A DNA stretch of 64,000 bases, taken from IMG/VR virus record IMGVR_UViG_3300042514_000542, positions 124,001 through 188,000 of that record; one strand, 5' to 3'. The translations under genes were made by a program, and so were the position numbers. Below are positions 19,794 through 29,913 of this stretch, in pieces; within the stretch, counting starts at the first letter, position 1, and every line of letters begins with the position of its first letter. The notes below the pieces were generated by a model, which searched no databases, was not told where the DNA came from, and saw nothing but the letters and a program-made list of their open reading frames with translations.

Positions 19794-22163
19794 GTGGTAT
19801 CTGTAGTCAACATATCTGCGATGAATTCCAATAGTTTAAGTTCTAACTTAAACGGATTTACATTTAAGCAATTTAAAAGAAACTATCCGGGAAATTATAC
19901 TATAAATTTTGCCCATAGTTTATCGTCGTTTAATGATTTCCAAATTAAAAACTATACTAATTTCTACCTAACCAACGATTATAAAATTAGTGATATATTT
20001 GATTTCGATACAACTCCCCTAAAAGCATCTTCTATTCACACGCCCATATTATGGGGAAGTGGGTATTTATCATTTTCAGGTATAGACTCGGAAGCATATG
20101 CCTTAGCCAACAGATACCATGAGAGTAAGAATTACGGTGTTGCCATTATCGGTGAAACCGAATCTTCGCTCTCCATAGATATACTTGATAATAATATATG
20201 TAATATTTATCACACCAAAAATTATCAAAAGTTTTTTCTTGTAGTTGATGATACAAATTCTTTGGTTTTTGTGAAACAGAATTTGTTATCAACTGACCCA
20301 ATGGTGGTTAAACCTCAAGATTTTCATTATCTATTTTCTGAAAATGGTAATTTATTCTATCTGTTTAAAAAAACCTCAACTGGGACAAATATTGTGACCG
20401 TTGTTGATGGAGAACCGTTAGTCACTCCTGTTCTCAACAATAATACATCCTATATTAATTGGTTTTTTAAAATCGAAAAAAGTATCTACTCATACCCCAC
20501 CAAAAATCTAAACACATCATTCATAACCTATGATACGAATAATATGTTGGATAAGGATAAGAGTGATTTCGAATTATCAAATAACCTACTATTACATAAA
20601 AAAATATCTAGCGATGTTACAGACGTTATCATTCTAAAAAATCAATTATTACAGAATAATATATATTCATCTTCAAACAATCTATTATCTGGATTTAATA
20701 AGAATATATTTGTAAATGAGTTGAGAGAATATACCTCTATTGGAAATTCTATAGATTCAGAGACATCTGAGGCATTAGATTTGAATTATGTATTTTACAA
20801 TAAACCTTATAAAATTGTAACTGGTAGTAATATATTTTATAGTTCGTCAAGCATAGAACCATTCACACAGTTGAATATAAATGATACAAAATTTATAGAG
20901 GCTGGTGCATTTCCATACCTAACACCGGAATTTTCAGATAGAGTCTATCATCTATCAAATGATACCAATAACTATGATAATGGTCAACATTTACTATGTA
21001 CTTGGCTTTCTGGTTCACCCTTCCTCAATAATAGTGTATGGGTTGATAGGTATTATTATCCGAATCTAATCGAGAAATCCGAAGCATTAGCTGGATCGTC
21101 CACTCTATCTATAACGTATGATGATTATATTGAGGTTCTGGTGAATAGTAATTCACAGAAAAAGGAAAATATAAAAATACAGAAATTTTTTGACAAGAAA
21201 AGCGATCTAGTCTTTACCCCAAATCAAAAATACAACTATGAGAGAATCTCACAAATAGGTGTCGAATCGTTGTCGTCAAATTATTCATATTGTCAGACAA
21301 CTTTGAGTGCATACCCAACAAACTATTTCAAAGATATAAACACCAGTGGTGAAGTGAGTGTTGCATTTACGTTCTTTGGCGATGATTCAAGTTGGACAAT
21401 TCAAAGTGATAGAGGATATATAGACTCTGGAATATCTATAATCAAAACTAATAACAAGATTACAATAACTTGTAAATTCTATGATGCCACAACAAGAGAT
21501 TTTAGCGGAGAATGGTTTTCCTTTAGTAAGACCCTAGATATCAAGAGCTTAAAGACTAATAATTTATGCGTATCGGTAGATGTTAAGTTGGGTATTGGAT
21601 ATTTCTTCTTTAATAATGAAATTGTCTACAATTTTACGCTACCCCAATATCAATTACTAGGTAAAGATATCATTCATGGAGACTTTAAATATATTAAAGA
21701 ACAAACTTATGATTTATTATATGATGAAATAAATGGAATTTCAAATGTTTTTATAAATGATCTATACATAACCCCCGAACGAGCATTTTTAATTTTTACT
21801 CTTAATAGTAACGGGATTGACGATATTTATATAACACTACCATGTGGAATGAGGAACAGTGTTGATGATATAGCATACCTGAACAGTGTATGTGGAACAT
21901 CAACATTTAAATCAAACTATATTGATATTGAACTAAAAAATATTGGTATAACCGATGACTCAATCATAAATGATTTAAAATTAATTATCTCAGATATTGG
22001 TGAGAAGAATCTACCAGCATCAACGACCATCAATGATATAAAATTCAATGATTATAGGAAAATGAAACCCAATGCTGATACTATTACGGTTCCACCATAT
22101 GCACTAGTGTATAATGGAAACCTTATTACATATAATGGTATTGTCATTATATCAACACCTTAA
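19794..22163 (+). CDS. Tail/baseplate structural protein
   Basis: GTG start after TAAATA-N5; CTWLSG, WVDRYYYP. Confidence 0.6.
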   Translation: MVSVVNISAMNSNSLSSNLNGFTFKQFKRNYPGNYTINFAHSLSSFNDFQIKNYTNFYLTNDYKISDIFDFDTTPLKASSIHTPILWGSGYLSFSGIDSEAYALANRYHESKNYGVAIIGETESSLSIDILDNNICNIYHTKNYQKFFLVVDDTNSLVFVKQNLLSTDPMVVKPQDFHYLFSENGNLFYLFKKTSTGTNIVTVVDGEPLVTPVLNNNTSYINWFFKIEKSIYSYPTKNLNTSFITYDTNNMLDKDKSDFELSNNLLLHKKISSDVTDVIILKNQLLQNNIYSSSNNLLSGFNKNIFVNELREYTSIGNSIDSETSEALDLNYVFYNKPYKIVTGSNIFYSSSSIEPFTQLNINDTKFIEAGAFPYLTPEFSDRVYHLSNDTNNYDNGQHLLCTWLSGSPFLNNSVWVDRYYYPNLIEKSEALAGSSTLSITYDDYIEVLVNSNSQKKENIKIQKFFDKKSDLVFTPNQKYNYERISQIGVESLSSNYSYCQTTLSAYPTNYFKDINTSGEVSVAFTFFGDDSSWTIQSDRGYIDSGISIIKTNNKITITCKFYDATTRDFSGEWFSFSKTLDIKSLKTNNLCVSVDVKLGIGYFFFNNEIVYNFTLPQYQLLGKDIIHGDFKYIKEQTYDLLYDEINGISNVFINDLYITPERAFLIFTLNSNGIDDIYITLPCGMRNSVDDIAYLNSVCGTSTFKSNYIDIELKNIGITDDSIINDLKLIISDIGEKNLPASTTINDIKFNDYRKMKPNADTITVPPYALVYNGNLITYNGIVIISTP

Positions 22164-22232
22164 ATAAATAATATCATATCGAATATATCTAGGTCAGGTA
22201 AGCACCGCCAACTAATAATGAAAAGAATTTAA

Positions 22233-23999
22233 ATGAGCTACTTAAAATATACATCAGGTGAGTCTTTCACTCTAAATTCCGAAGATTATTCTGGTTATTT
22301 TAGAGTAGTTGGTGATACTGCATTTTCCGGTAGAATTGGTGGGCTTGAACTAACACCAAAAGATACTTTTATGTCTAAATTATATATTGATTTATATAAT
22401 TTAGATACTACCTATAAAAATATACAAAATCTCAATAATGTATATGCAAATACCCTAGACACTCTAGATAAGTTGGGTATAGATAGAATATTAGAATCCC
22501 TTCATAATAATAATAAAATTTGTTATAAATCATTAGTATTATCAAATCCAACGGTATTCAAATACGATGAAACTGGGGGATTCTTCTATGGTTTATCTGC
22601 GACTGATGAATATAATGATAAAATATATCCGAAAAGGGGTGTTGTTAATATCAATACGTTGTCTGACTCTGATTATTGGTCGTTTTTAGATAAAATTACA
22701 ACAGGACACCATTTAGTTGATACATATGAAAACTTTAAATATATTTGCACTGATGGATTTGTCACGTATACTCTATCCGGTAATTTTAATGGGAATATTC
22801 CTCTAACAAAAATTTCAGAATACCCCAACGTTCCATATTACGATAAAATTTACCATATTCATCACGATATCGATGATGGTAGAATGTTTTTCGTGAAAAA
22901 TGATTATATTGAAATTTATGACGCATCTAATTTTGAATTATGCGATAATCTAATACTAGTTGATAGAATTAGTCTTATTCCGACAACAACAACTGAGCAT
23001 ATTTGGAACACTTTAGACGTTAACTGGAATGATTTCCAACAACTTTGGAATGTTCTATTCGATACTATCAATAATAATACTCCTGAAACTATTAAAATCG
23101 GTAAAAATCTAAGAACTGGTATAAGTAGTGATCTAACAACACTTAACCTGTATAACAAATACTCGAATAAAATTCATAGGCAAATTAGTTTAGCTGAATT
23201 GGATATACAATCCGTGATTGATGTAGATATCAACTCCAATAGTGACGATATTTTGATTCTATACCAGAATAAAAATTCTGATGTAATGATATGCTTTATT
23301 GATATCACCACACCCAATGTGAAAAAACTATCTAAGTTGGAATCACTTTTTGGAACTACTTATAATATTAAATTCACAGAGTTTGATTCCAATGTATTCT
23401 ATATTTGGAATAGTAATGGATATCAAACTAGAAATATATCGAATTCTACATACCCATCCGGTAGATTGGAGTTAAATGATTTAAAATATCCAAAGGATTA
23501 CATCTGGAACACCACCGATGAAATTTGGAATTTCCTAAATCTTAGATGGGATGTTAATGGATCTCTGGCGAACAGATACAATAATTTAAATACATCGGTG
23601 ACTATATCAAATAATAAAATGTATATGTTACTGCACAATATTGGCAGATTATATGTTATGAATCAAACAATGGATGATAGATTCTACTCCAATATACCCC
23701 TAAATTTACAATCATTCTTCACAGAATCTACATGTTCTGAATCATCCATTGGTATATATCTAAATACAAATATTGCGAATATCGCAAAAGATACATTGAA
23801 CATACTGAGCAAATCTAATGGGAGTTTCGATATATACGAGAGATCCGTATTCTTGAAACAAATTGATGACTTTATTCTGGACACTAATAACTTATACCTA
23901 AATGGTAATGAAAACATCAATATCACAAGCATTCAAAGGATTTTACTCTCTATCCTAAATATACAGAGTAAAATCTTACCCGTATCTATTGAAAATTAA
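22233..23999 (+). CDS. Tail/baseplate structural protein with two Trp-periodic segments
   Basis: 588 aa ORF within the tail cluster. Confidence 0.6.
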   Translation: MSYLKYTSGESFTLNSEDYSGYFRVVGDTAFSGRIGGLELTPKDTFMSKLYIDLYNLDTTYKNIQNLNNVYANTLDTLDKLGIDRILESLHNNNKICYKSLVLSNPTVFKYDETGGFFYGLSATDEYNDKIYPKRGVVNINTLSDSDYWSFLDKITTGHHLVDTYENFKYICTDGFVTYTLSGNFNGNIPLTKISEYPNVPYYDKIYHIHHDIDDGRMFFVKNDYIEIYDASNFELCDNLILVDRISLIPTTTTEHIWNTLDVNWNDFQQLWNVLFDTINNNTPETIKIGKNLRTGISSDLTTLNLYNKYSNKIHRQISLAELDIQSVIDVDINSNSDDILILYQNKNSDVMICFIDITTPNVKKLSKLESLFGTTYNIKFTEFDSNVFYIWNSNGYQTRNISNSTYPSGRLELNDLKYPKDYIWNTTDEIWNFLNLRWDVNGSLANRYNNLNTSVTISNNKMYMLLHNIGRLYVMNQTMDDRFYSNIPLNLQSFFTESTCSESSIGIYLNTNIANIAKDTLNILSKSNGSFDIYERSVFLKQIDDFILDTNNLYLNGNENINITSIQRILLSILNIQSKILPVSIEN

Positions 24000-24021
24000 A
24001 CAATCACGTTAAATAAACATA

Positions 24022-24843
24022 ATGAGTACTTTCACTAATCAATTCATTTTAAACACATACGGTGGTATATTACACTCAGATGGAGAGTTGAATATTTCCC
24101 AGAAATCGATCATGTATGACGGATTCGGTAACGAATCCGCATTAACATTGGGTCGAAAAAATAATGGGGCTAGTGTTAGTGGTAATTTATCATCAACATC
24201 TTTAAATGTCGGACAATTAACTTTCCCGTCTCTTTCAAGTGATGTCAATAACGTGTTGATACAAAAGGCCGATGGAATTGTGGATTTTTCTGACACCATA
24301 CCATCATCTCTACTCGCAGATCTAAACCCAAATCCAGAAAATGTATATAATACTATAAAGTCCATTACTGTAAATTCTAAAGGTCTTACGACAAAAGTTG
24401 ATACTTGGGGGAGTTCAAATAATACCATAACATCCACAACCTATAAAGAAAATGCTGGAACACCATTTTCAGTAGTCACCGTAACTGCCGATGTATGGAC
24501 AAAGGTGTTTTTAACGGACGCTATACCACCAGAAGATGTTTCTAGCGTTAAAGCTGTTATACTATACGTTGAACCTACAGGTAATTTAGCCGCATATAGA
24601 AAATCATATACGCTAGTTGCATCTCCAAATCAAAGTGATGTGTATCCAATATATCAAGTCATTGGTGGTGAAGATGCGGGGGGTGGAAACGATACTTACG
24701 GTATAGGTGTTCAATGTTCCGTCCGTATTGGAGGAATTGGAACAAATTCAATATACATATACCTTAAAAACCCCATCACAAAAAGTAACTCCGATAATGC
24801 GACTTACTCATTTAATGTTCATTTAATAGCTTATCAACGATAA
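24022..24843 (+). CDS. Tail fibre-like protein
   Basis: DGFGNESALTL; ITVNSKGLTT fibre-shaft motif. Confidence 0.6.
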   Translation: MSTFTNQFILNTYGGILHSDGELNISQKSIMYDGFGNESALTLGRKNNGASVSGNLSSTSLNVGQLTFPSLSSDVNNVLIQKADGIVDFSDTIPSSLLADLNPNPENVYNTIKSITVNSKGLTTKVDTWGSSNNTITSTTYKENAGTPFSVVTVTADVWTKVFLTDAIPPEDVSSVKAVILYVEPTGNLAAYRKSYTLVASPNQSDVYPIYQVIGGEDAGGGNDTYGIGVQCSVRIGGIGTNSIYIYLKNPITKSNSDNATYSFNVHLIAYQR

Positions 24844-24844
24844 T

Positions 24845-25867
24845 ATGCCAAATATAGAAATAGCTAAGTTAAAAACAAGAAGAGGCACGAATAATCAAAG
24901 AAAACGTGTCATCTTTGACCAAGGGGAAATTGTATCTACCGTTGATACTAATAGATTATTCCTTGGAACCGGAACGTTGAGTGGCGGTGTTGTGATAGGT
25001 TCGAAAGTTCATCAACCTATCACTAATTATTCATCATTATCAAATATCGCAGCCGAAGTTGGTGATTTAGCATATGCTAATAATATATTTTACCAGTTAA
25101 CGGCATCACCACCATCAAATATCAACAATTGGATGTCTACTGGAATTAAACTAGACAGTGGATTATTCTCGTATGATTCAGATAATACACTTAGATTAAA
25201 TCTATCCTCTCTATCGGCAGTGCATATCAATCCACTAACCGTATCGAATGGAATTAAGATATCTGGTGGGATTCTTCAAAGCAATTTTAATACAAAATCT
25301 TTAGAAATTTCATCATATCAATTATCCCTAAAGGCTAATGGTATAGATGAAAGAGAGCTAAACTCGACAACTTTTGGTTACGGAATTAGTGGGGGATCAG
25401 GAACTAAAGTAGTTCTGGACGTAAATCCATCACAGTTTCGTTTCAATGGTGATACCCTAAATCTCACGAATTCTACATCCATATCCGCAGTAGATAATTC
25501 ATCATTAATTCTAAGCTCTGGTGTAATATCAGTAAATAATAATGGGGCTTCTGGTAGTTATCAATGGCCAAGAATTGTAGTGGATACTTTCGGTAGAGTG
25601 ACTACAGCAGAATCATCAATATTAGATGTTTTAACAGGTAATGCATCTCTATCAAGCTATAACCGTAATAATTCACTCTCCGCAATATATAATGGTGATT
25701 CTATGGGATTATCATCTATAGCAATAACGAGATTTACTGCACTATCATCCGATGGAACAAGCATTATACATCTTTCATCTGCTGGGTTTATAACATTCGA
25801 AGGAGGGACCACAACAAGGAGTGGAACTTCCGTTGGAAGATTCGCAATCCCAATTTATAGATATTAA
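24845..25867 (+). CDS. Tail fibre protein with Mtd_N-like N-terminal domain
   Basis: RRGT..R....DQGEI....DTNRLFLGTG; VDTFGRVTTA shaft motif. Confidence 0.7.
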   Translation: MPNIEIAKLKTRRGTNNQRKRVIFDQGEIVSTVDTNRLFLGTGTLSGGVVIGSKVHQPITNYSSLSNIAAEVGDLAYANNIFYQLTASPPSNINNWMSTGIKLDSGLFSYDSDNTLRLNLSSLSAVHINPLTVSNGIKISGGILQSNFNTKSLEISSYQLSLKANGIDERELNSTTFGYGISGGSGTKVVLDVNPSQFRFNGDTLNLTNSTSISAVDNSSLILSSGVISVNNNGASGSYQWPRIVVDTFGRVTTAESSILDVLTGNASLSSYNRNNSLSAIYNGDSMGLSSIAITRFTALSSDGTSIIHLSSAGFITFEGGTTTRSGTSVGRFAIPIYRY

Positions 25868-25870
25868 TAT

Positions 25871-26731
25871 ATGGAAATTCTCAACAATACAATTATTAAA
25901 TTAATAGTCCGTCAAGGTGCAAATACTGATCGAAAGTATATTCTTTTGAATTCTGGCGAACCCGCATTTACGACAGATACTCATAGATTTTATGTAGGGA
26001 CTGGTATATTGAGTGGTGGTGTTGTTGTTGGAAATAAATACCAAGGGTCTTCCACAGATGTTACTGGATTTACATCTGCTGTAAATGGAGATGATGCATA
26101 TGATTCCGATAAACACAAACTTTATAAAGTAATTAATGATACTGACACCACTCAACTCTCGAATTGGGAGTATGTTGGGGGTGTTTACTCTTCTGGTGAT
26201 AATTATATTGAAATAAGTAGCGATAATCAGATATCTCTGAATGCGTTATCCGCCAATGCCTTATCTAATGACTTAGTGAAAGGTCCAATTATCTTAGATT
26301 CTGGAAGAATCTCATTATCTGCGACAATTCCTTATCAATCAGTATCTACAAAAACTATAACTATATCTAATGGTTTAAAAGCCACTATTAATGGATTAAG
26401 TGTTACTGGAAACGCAGTTAATGTGTTATCATCCAATCTAGTAGTATCAACCAAGCAATTATTTGCGAGATATAATGGTGTAACCCAAACACTGACAAAC
26501 TATCAGAATATTTCTTCTGTTAACTGGTTATCAGCAGGTCATTATGTGTTCAATTTCGAACCAGTTCTCAGTAATTCCAATTATGTCCCCTTAACGCAAA
26601 TAATTGGAATTAACGGTCTAGGATATCATTCTAGAGTTATATCAACAACCATTTCATCATGTCATGTGGTGATATTGAGTACTAATGAGGCAAAAACCGA
26701 TGTAGATTTATCTCTATTGATTAATTATTAA
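25871..26731 (+). CDS. Tail fibre protein with Mtd_N-like N-terminal domain (paralog of preceding gene)
   Basis: RQGANTDR...GEPAFTTDTHRFYVGTG.LSGGVVVGNK; C-terminal SAGHYVFNF. Confidence 0.7.
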   Translation: MEILNNTIIKLIVRQGANTDRKYILLNSGEPAFTTDTHRFYVGTGILSGGVVVGNKYQGSSTDVTGFTSAVNGDDAYDSDKHKLYKVINDTDTTQLSNWEYVGGVYSSGDNYIEISSDNQISLNALSANALSNDLVKGPIILDSGRISLSATIPYQSVSTKTITISNGLKATINGLSVTGNAVNVLSSNLVVSTKQLFARYNGVTQTLTNYQNISSVNWLSAGHYVFNFEPVLSNSNYVPLTQIIGINGLGYHSRVISTTISSCHVVILSTNEAKTDVDLSLLINY

Positions 26732-26732
26732 T

Positions 26733-27452
26733 ATGTCATTCCCTTCCGATGTTTTATTACCAGTAAATGCGAAATATTTTGGAATTATAGAACCTGATTA
26801 CGCATTCAACCCACATTGGGACTTAACTTGGAGTTTTTCATATGCATTGACTGGAACTGAGCATGGTATCTGTACTTTTCTCTGTGATAATTCAACTGTA
26901 ACATCACCACCCGGACACTATATTGGTTATGGTGGGCTAAGTGCGTCTAAATTTGTATTAGGTGTTGCGTTGGATTCAACTGGGCTTTTCGCATTATCTA
27001 CTAATTACTCTTCAGGTGTCCCCCGTTCGCAAATAAAAAGAGATAGTCTCATTATAAGAGATCAAACCAATAATGTAATTTTTAATCAGTCGCTTTCTAC
27101 ACTGGACTCAACCTTTAACATAGCTACATCAGCGAAAGAATATAAGACAATTCGAATTCGCTACTCCAATGTGGGTAGGAAGATCTATATAGACTATAAA
27201 ATTGGCGATACTAAGTATATAAATCTCACTAGTATTAGTCATATTTCACTAGACACATCAACATACGAAAATCTTTATGTTGGTTTATCATATTCGTCAC
27301 CTATTTCAAGTAGTTCCATAACACCATCAAAAATATGGGTCAAGAACTTCCACATTCAAGGTAATATCGAAAACCCTACATATAATACATTGGCATACAC
27401 ACCGATTTCATCAAATGTAGTTAATTCATTCTCGTCAATTAACATATTCTAA
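26733..27452 (+). CDS. Putative ConA/L-type lectin-fold receptor-binding protein
   Basis: GICTFL...IGYGG...LGVALDSTG...TIRIRY...IYIDY...LYVGLSYS beta-sandwich pattern. Confidence 0.55.
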   Translation: MSFPSDVLLPVNAKYFGIIEPDYAFNPHWDLTWSFSYALTGTEHGICTFLCDNSTVTSPPGHYIGYGGLSASKFVLGVALDSTGLFALSTNYSSGVPRSQIKRDSLIIRDQTNNVIFNQSLSTLDSTFNIATSAKEYKTIRIRYSNVGRKIYIDYKIGDTKYINLTSISHISLDTSTYENLYVGLSYSSPISSSSITPSKIWVKNFHIQGNIENPTYNTLAYTPISSNVVNSFSSINIF

Positions 27453-27551
27453 CACTTTCGGGATTTGTTCAAGGTATAACTAGTCAATCATTTTATAATA
27501 ATTTAATTCACTCTGATGCTTTCGTCACTAGACAAGCATTAAATAACAGAA

Positions 27552-27899
27552 ATGTCTTCTTCTTCTTCTTCGTCTTCCAGTTCTTCCACACCTCCAGTAA
27601 CATTACCACCACCGGTAACACCACCACCGGTAAATTTTGAGTGTACTCCGTGTTATCCACCTATTCCATCCACACCAGAATTCCCACCGAATTTTACACT
27701 ACCGACAACCAAAACAGCACAGCCAGAATTTATTATAACAACACCACCCCCACCAGTTAACCCTCTAACTATAAGTATAAACATAACTACTACTTCAACT
27801 ACAACAACTCAAATAGTGACACCACCAGTGACACTACCACCACTGATAACCCCATCAGTGAAAGAATGTAATGATGGTTGCAATGCTCTAAATTTTTAG
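27552..27899 (+). CDS. Mucin-like Ser/Thr/Pro-rich protein
   Basis: Poly-Ser N-terminus, TPPVTLPP twice, TTTSTTTT, 4 Cys; TAAATA-N6-ATG. Confidence 0.75.
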   Translation: MSSSSSSSSSSSTPPVTLPPPVTPPPVNFECTPCYPPIPSTPEFPPNFTLPTTKTAQPEFIITTPPPPVNPLTISINITTTSTTTTQIVTPPVTLPPLITPSVKECNDGCNALNF

Positions 27900-27909
27900 T
27901 AATTACTCC

Positions 27910-28740
27910 ATGAGGAATCTAACAATTGGAATGGCAACGCATGATGATTTCGATGGGTTGTATTTCACAATTCAAAATATACGTTTGAATCATAAAGAAA
28001 TCTTAGATAAGATAGAATTTGTTATTATTGATAATAATCCAAATAGTAAACATGGTAAGAGTATTCGAAACTTTATGCAATGGATAAAGGAACCCGTCCA
28101 ATATCTTCCCTTCACTAAGTTTCAATCCACTACAGTTAAAAACAAAGTATTCGAACTGGCAGATACGCCATATGTTCTATGTATAGATTCCCATGTTCTA
28201 TTAGAACAAGGTTCTTTGAAAAAACTCATAAATTTCTACGAAAGTGGTAAAGATTATGGTAATTTACTACAAGGTCCATTAGTATATGATGATATGGAAA
28301 ATATTAGCAGTCACTTCGATCTAACTAAATGGGGTGGCAATATGTGGGGTCAATGGGGGTCAGATGATAGGGCTAAAAATCCAAATAATGAACCCTTTGA
28401 AATCCCAGCACAAGGTATGGGTCTTTTTTCCTGCCGTAAAGATGCTTGGTTAGGTTTTAATAAGGAATTTAGAGGATTTGGTGGTGAAGAAGGTTATATT
28501 CACGAAAAATATCGTAAAAATGGTAAAAAAGTTATATGTTTACCCTTTTTACGATGGGTTCATAGGTTTGATCGACCAAATGGAACCACGTATCCAAACA
28601 TTTTGGAGGATAGGTTTCGAAATTATTACATAGGGTTTAAAGAACTTGGTCTTGATACCACAGAACTCTTTGAAAACTTTCCAGAGTTTTCTAATACCGA
28701 AAATCTCAATAAATTAGACTTAGAAATATCCAAATTTTAG
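27910..28740 (+). CDS. GT-A glycosyltransferase with polypeptide GalNAc-transferase-like motifs
   Basis: VIIDN, LCIDSH (DxH), MGLFS, GFGGEE, WVHRF. Confidence 0.8.
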   Translation: MRNLTIGMATHDDFDGLYFTIQNIRLNHKEILDKIEFVIIDNNPNSKHGKSIRNFMQWIKEPVQYLPFTKFQSTTVKNKVFELADTPYVLCIDSHVLLEQGSLKKLINFYESGKDYGNLLQGPLVYDDMENISSHFDLTKWGGNMWGQWGSDDRAKNPNNEPFEIPAQGMGLFSCRKDAWLGFNKEFRGFGGEEGYIHEKYRKNGKKVICLPFLRWVHRFDRPNGTTYPNILEDRFRNYYIGFKELGLDTTELFENFPEFSNTENLNKLDLEISKF

Positions 28741-28967
28741 ATATTTCCCAAGGAAGCTTCACACTCTACATCGTGTAACATAGCTGGAAATCTATCTTTG
28801 ATGTATGATTCGATGGCTAATGGCTTAATCATATCAATAGGATCGACATTTAGATCCTTCGCCTTCTCTTCAATGAAGTGAAATGCCTCAACCAAACACA
28901 TCCATCTGGTAAATTCACCAGTTGTCATTTCTTCCACTATCCCATCACCTCGTTTTATTGTAATCAT
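28737..28967 (-). CDS. Hypothetical protein
   Basis: 76 aa ORF filling the gap, convergent with the GT. Confidence 0.65.
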   Translation of the reverse strand: MITIKRGDGIVEEMTTGEFTRWMCLVEAFHFIEEKAKDLNVDPIDMIKPLAIESYIKDRFPAMLHDVECEASLGNI

Positions 28968-28993
28968 AAGTCCCTATTGTAGTTCGGTTTTAA

Positions 28994-29467
28994 TTAATTA
29001 TTTTTACCAACTAATTCATCAAAGGTCTGCTCAATATTCAATGGTTCCGAAACCAAAACAGTGTTATAGTTGATGTCAACCTTATAATACTGTTTACATT
29101 TTTCACACTGGACTACGTTATCGGTATTTGGTGAAAATAAGCCTTGGAACGTATTACCACCACATACACAAGGAAGTTCTACTAGCAAAGAATCGAAAAT
29201 GTCCTCATAATCGAGGATAACTTTCCTCTGTTCTTCGTCTTTCAGAGAGTGTTCAGCGATAATTAGATCTTGCGTCTTAATAATCTCTTGAGATTCTAAA
29301 TCTGGGCTGTTTTTCTTAAGTAAGAAAGCGCAAACACCCCAAGATATAGGCAAAACAATTGATAATGATCTAACGTAATCATCCAGACCAATTCCATAAG
29401 AGATTAATACCGAAATTGCCGTAGCGATGACAAAATATTGCCAGTTTTGTTTAAGATACTCTGTCAT
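28994..29467 (-). CDS. Two-TM membrane protein with C-terminal Zn ribbon
   Basis: Start MTEYLK after early promoter; two hydrophobic helices; CVC...CEKC. Confidence 0.7.
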   Translation of the reverse strand: MTEYLKQNWQYFVIATAISVLISYGIGLDDYVRSLSIVLPISWGVCAFLLKKNSPDLESQEIIKTQDLIIAEHSLKDEEQRKVILDYEDIFDSLLVELPCVCGGNTFQGLFSPNTDNVVQCEKCKQYYKVDINYNTVLVSEPLNIEQTFDELVGKNN

Positions 29468-29474
29468 TTGAATG

Positions 29475-29502
29475 AGTCTATCAGATTTTCTAAGATTGTC
29501 AA
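29475..29502 (-). promoter_or_regulatory. Sigma70-type early promoter
   Basis: TTGACA-N16-TAGACT, 7 nt before ATG 29467. Confidence 0.75.
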
Positions 29503-29876
29503 TCCATTTCTTCGAAATCGAGGTCACGATCACCTAAATGTCTCGCTCCAATGGTATATTTTTCCAATGTGGAGTCCACGTTTTGTAAAAGATATACGAC
29601 CATCTTCTCTGTATTCTTCTTAAGCTTTAGTAATTGCTTCTTATTCTTAAATTCTTTGGTTTTTAAAGCAACTTCAATGGCCTTACAAGCCTGAATACCA
29701 TTATCTACCATATTTCCATAATATTCTGGAATTTCTGCCATTTCATATGGTAAAACATTCGGACCATAATGGGTTTCTTTTTCTTCAGCTTTCCATTTTC
29801 TCATCTGGGTTCTTGGATCGTGATCGTGATCGATCTCTCCAGATGCAAATTTTGTGGAATATGGTGACTCAGGCAT
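29499..29876 (-). CDS. Hypothetical protein
   Basis: True start MPESPY at 29876 (TAAATA-N5); the longer ORF call overlaps the opposite-strand gene. Confidence 0.7.
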   Translation of the reverse strand: MPESPYSTKFASGEIDHDHDPRTQMRKWKAEEKETHYGPNVLPYEMAEIPEYYGNMVDNGIQACKAIEVALKTKEFKNKKQLLKLKKNTEKMVVYLLQNVDSTLEKYTIGARHLGDRDLDFEEMD

Positions 29877-29913
29877 ACATATATTTAGTTGCCAATGACT
29901 AAATATATAAAGT

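Noticed and set aside
24845-26731. Diversity-generating retroelement targeting the Mtd_N-like fibres
   Set aside because: No reverse transcriptase and no TR/VR repeat pair seen in the window
27505-27535. ctgatg and gacgaaa hammerhead-like words
   Set aside because: They lie on opposite strands
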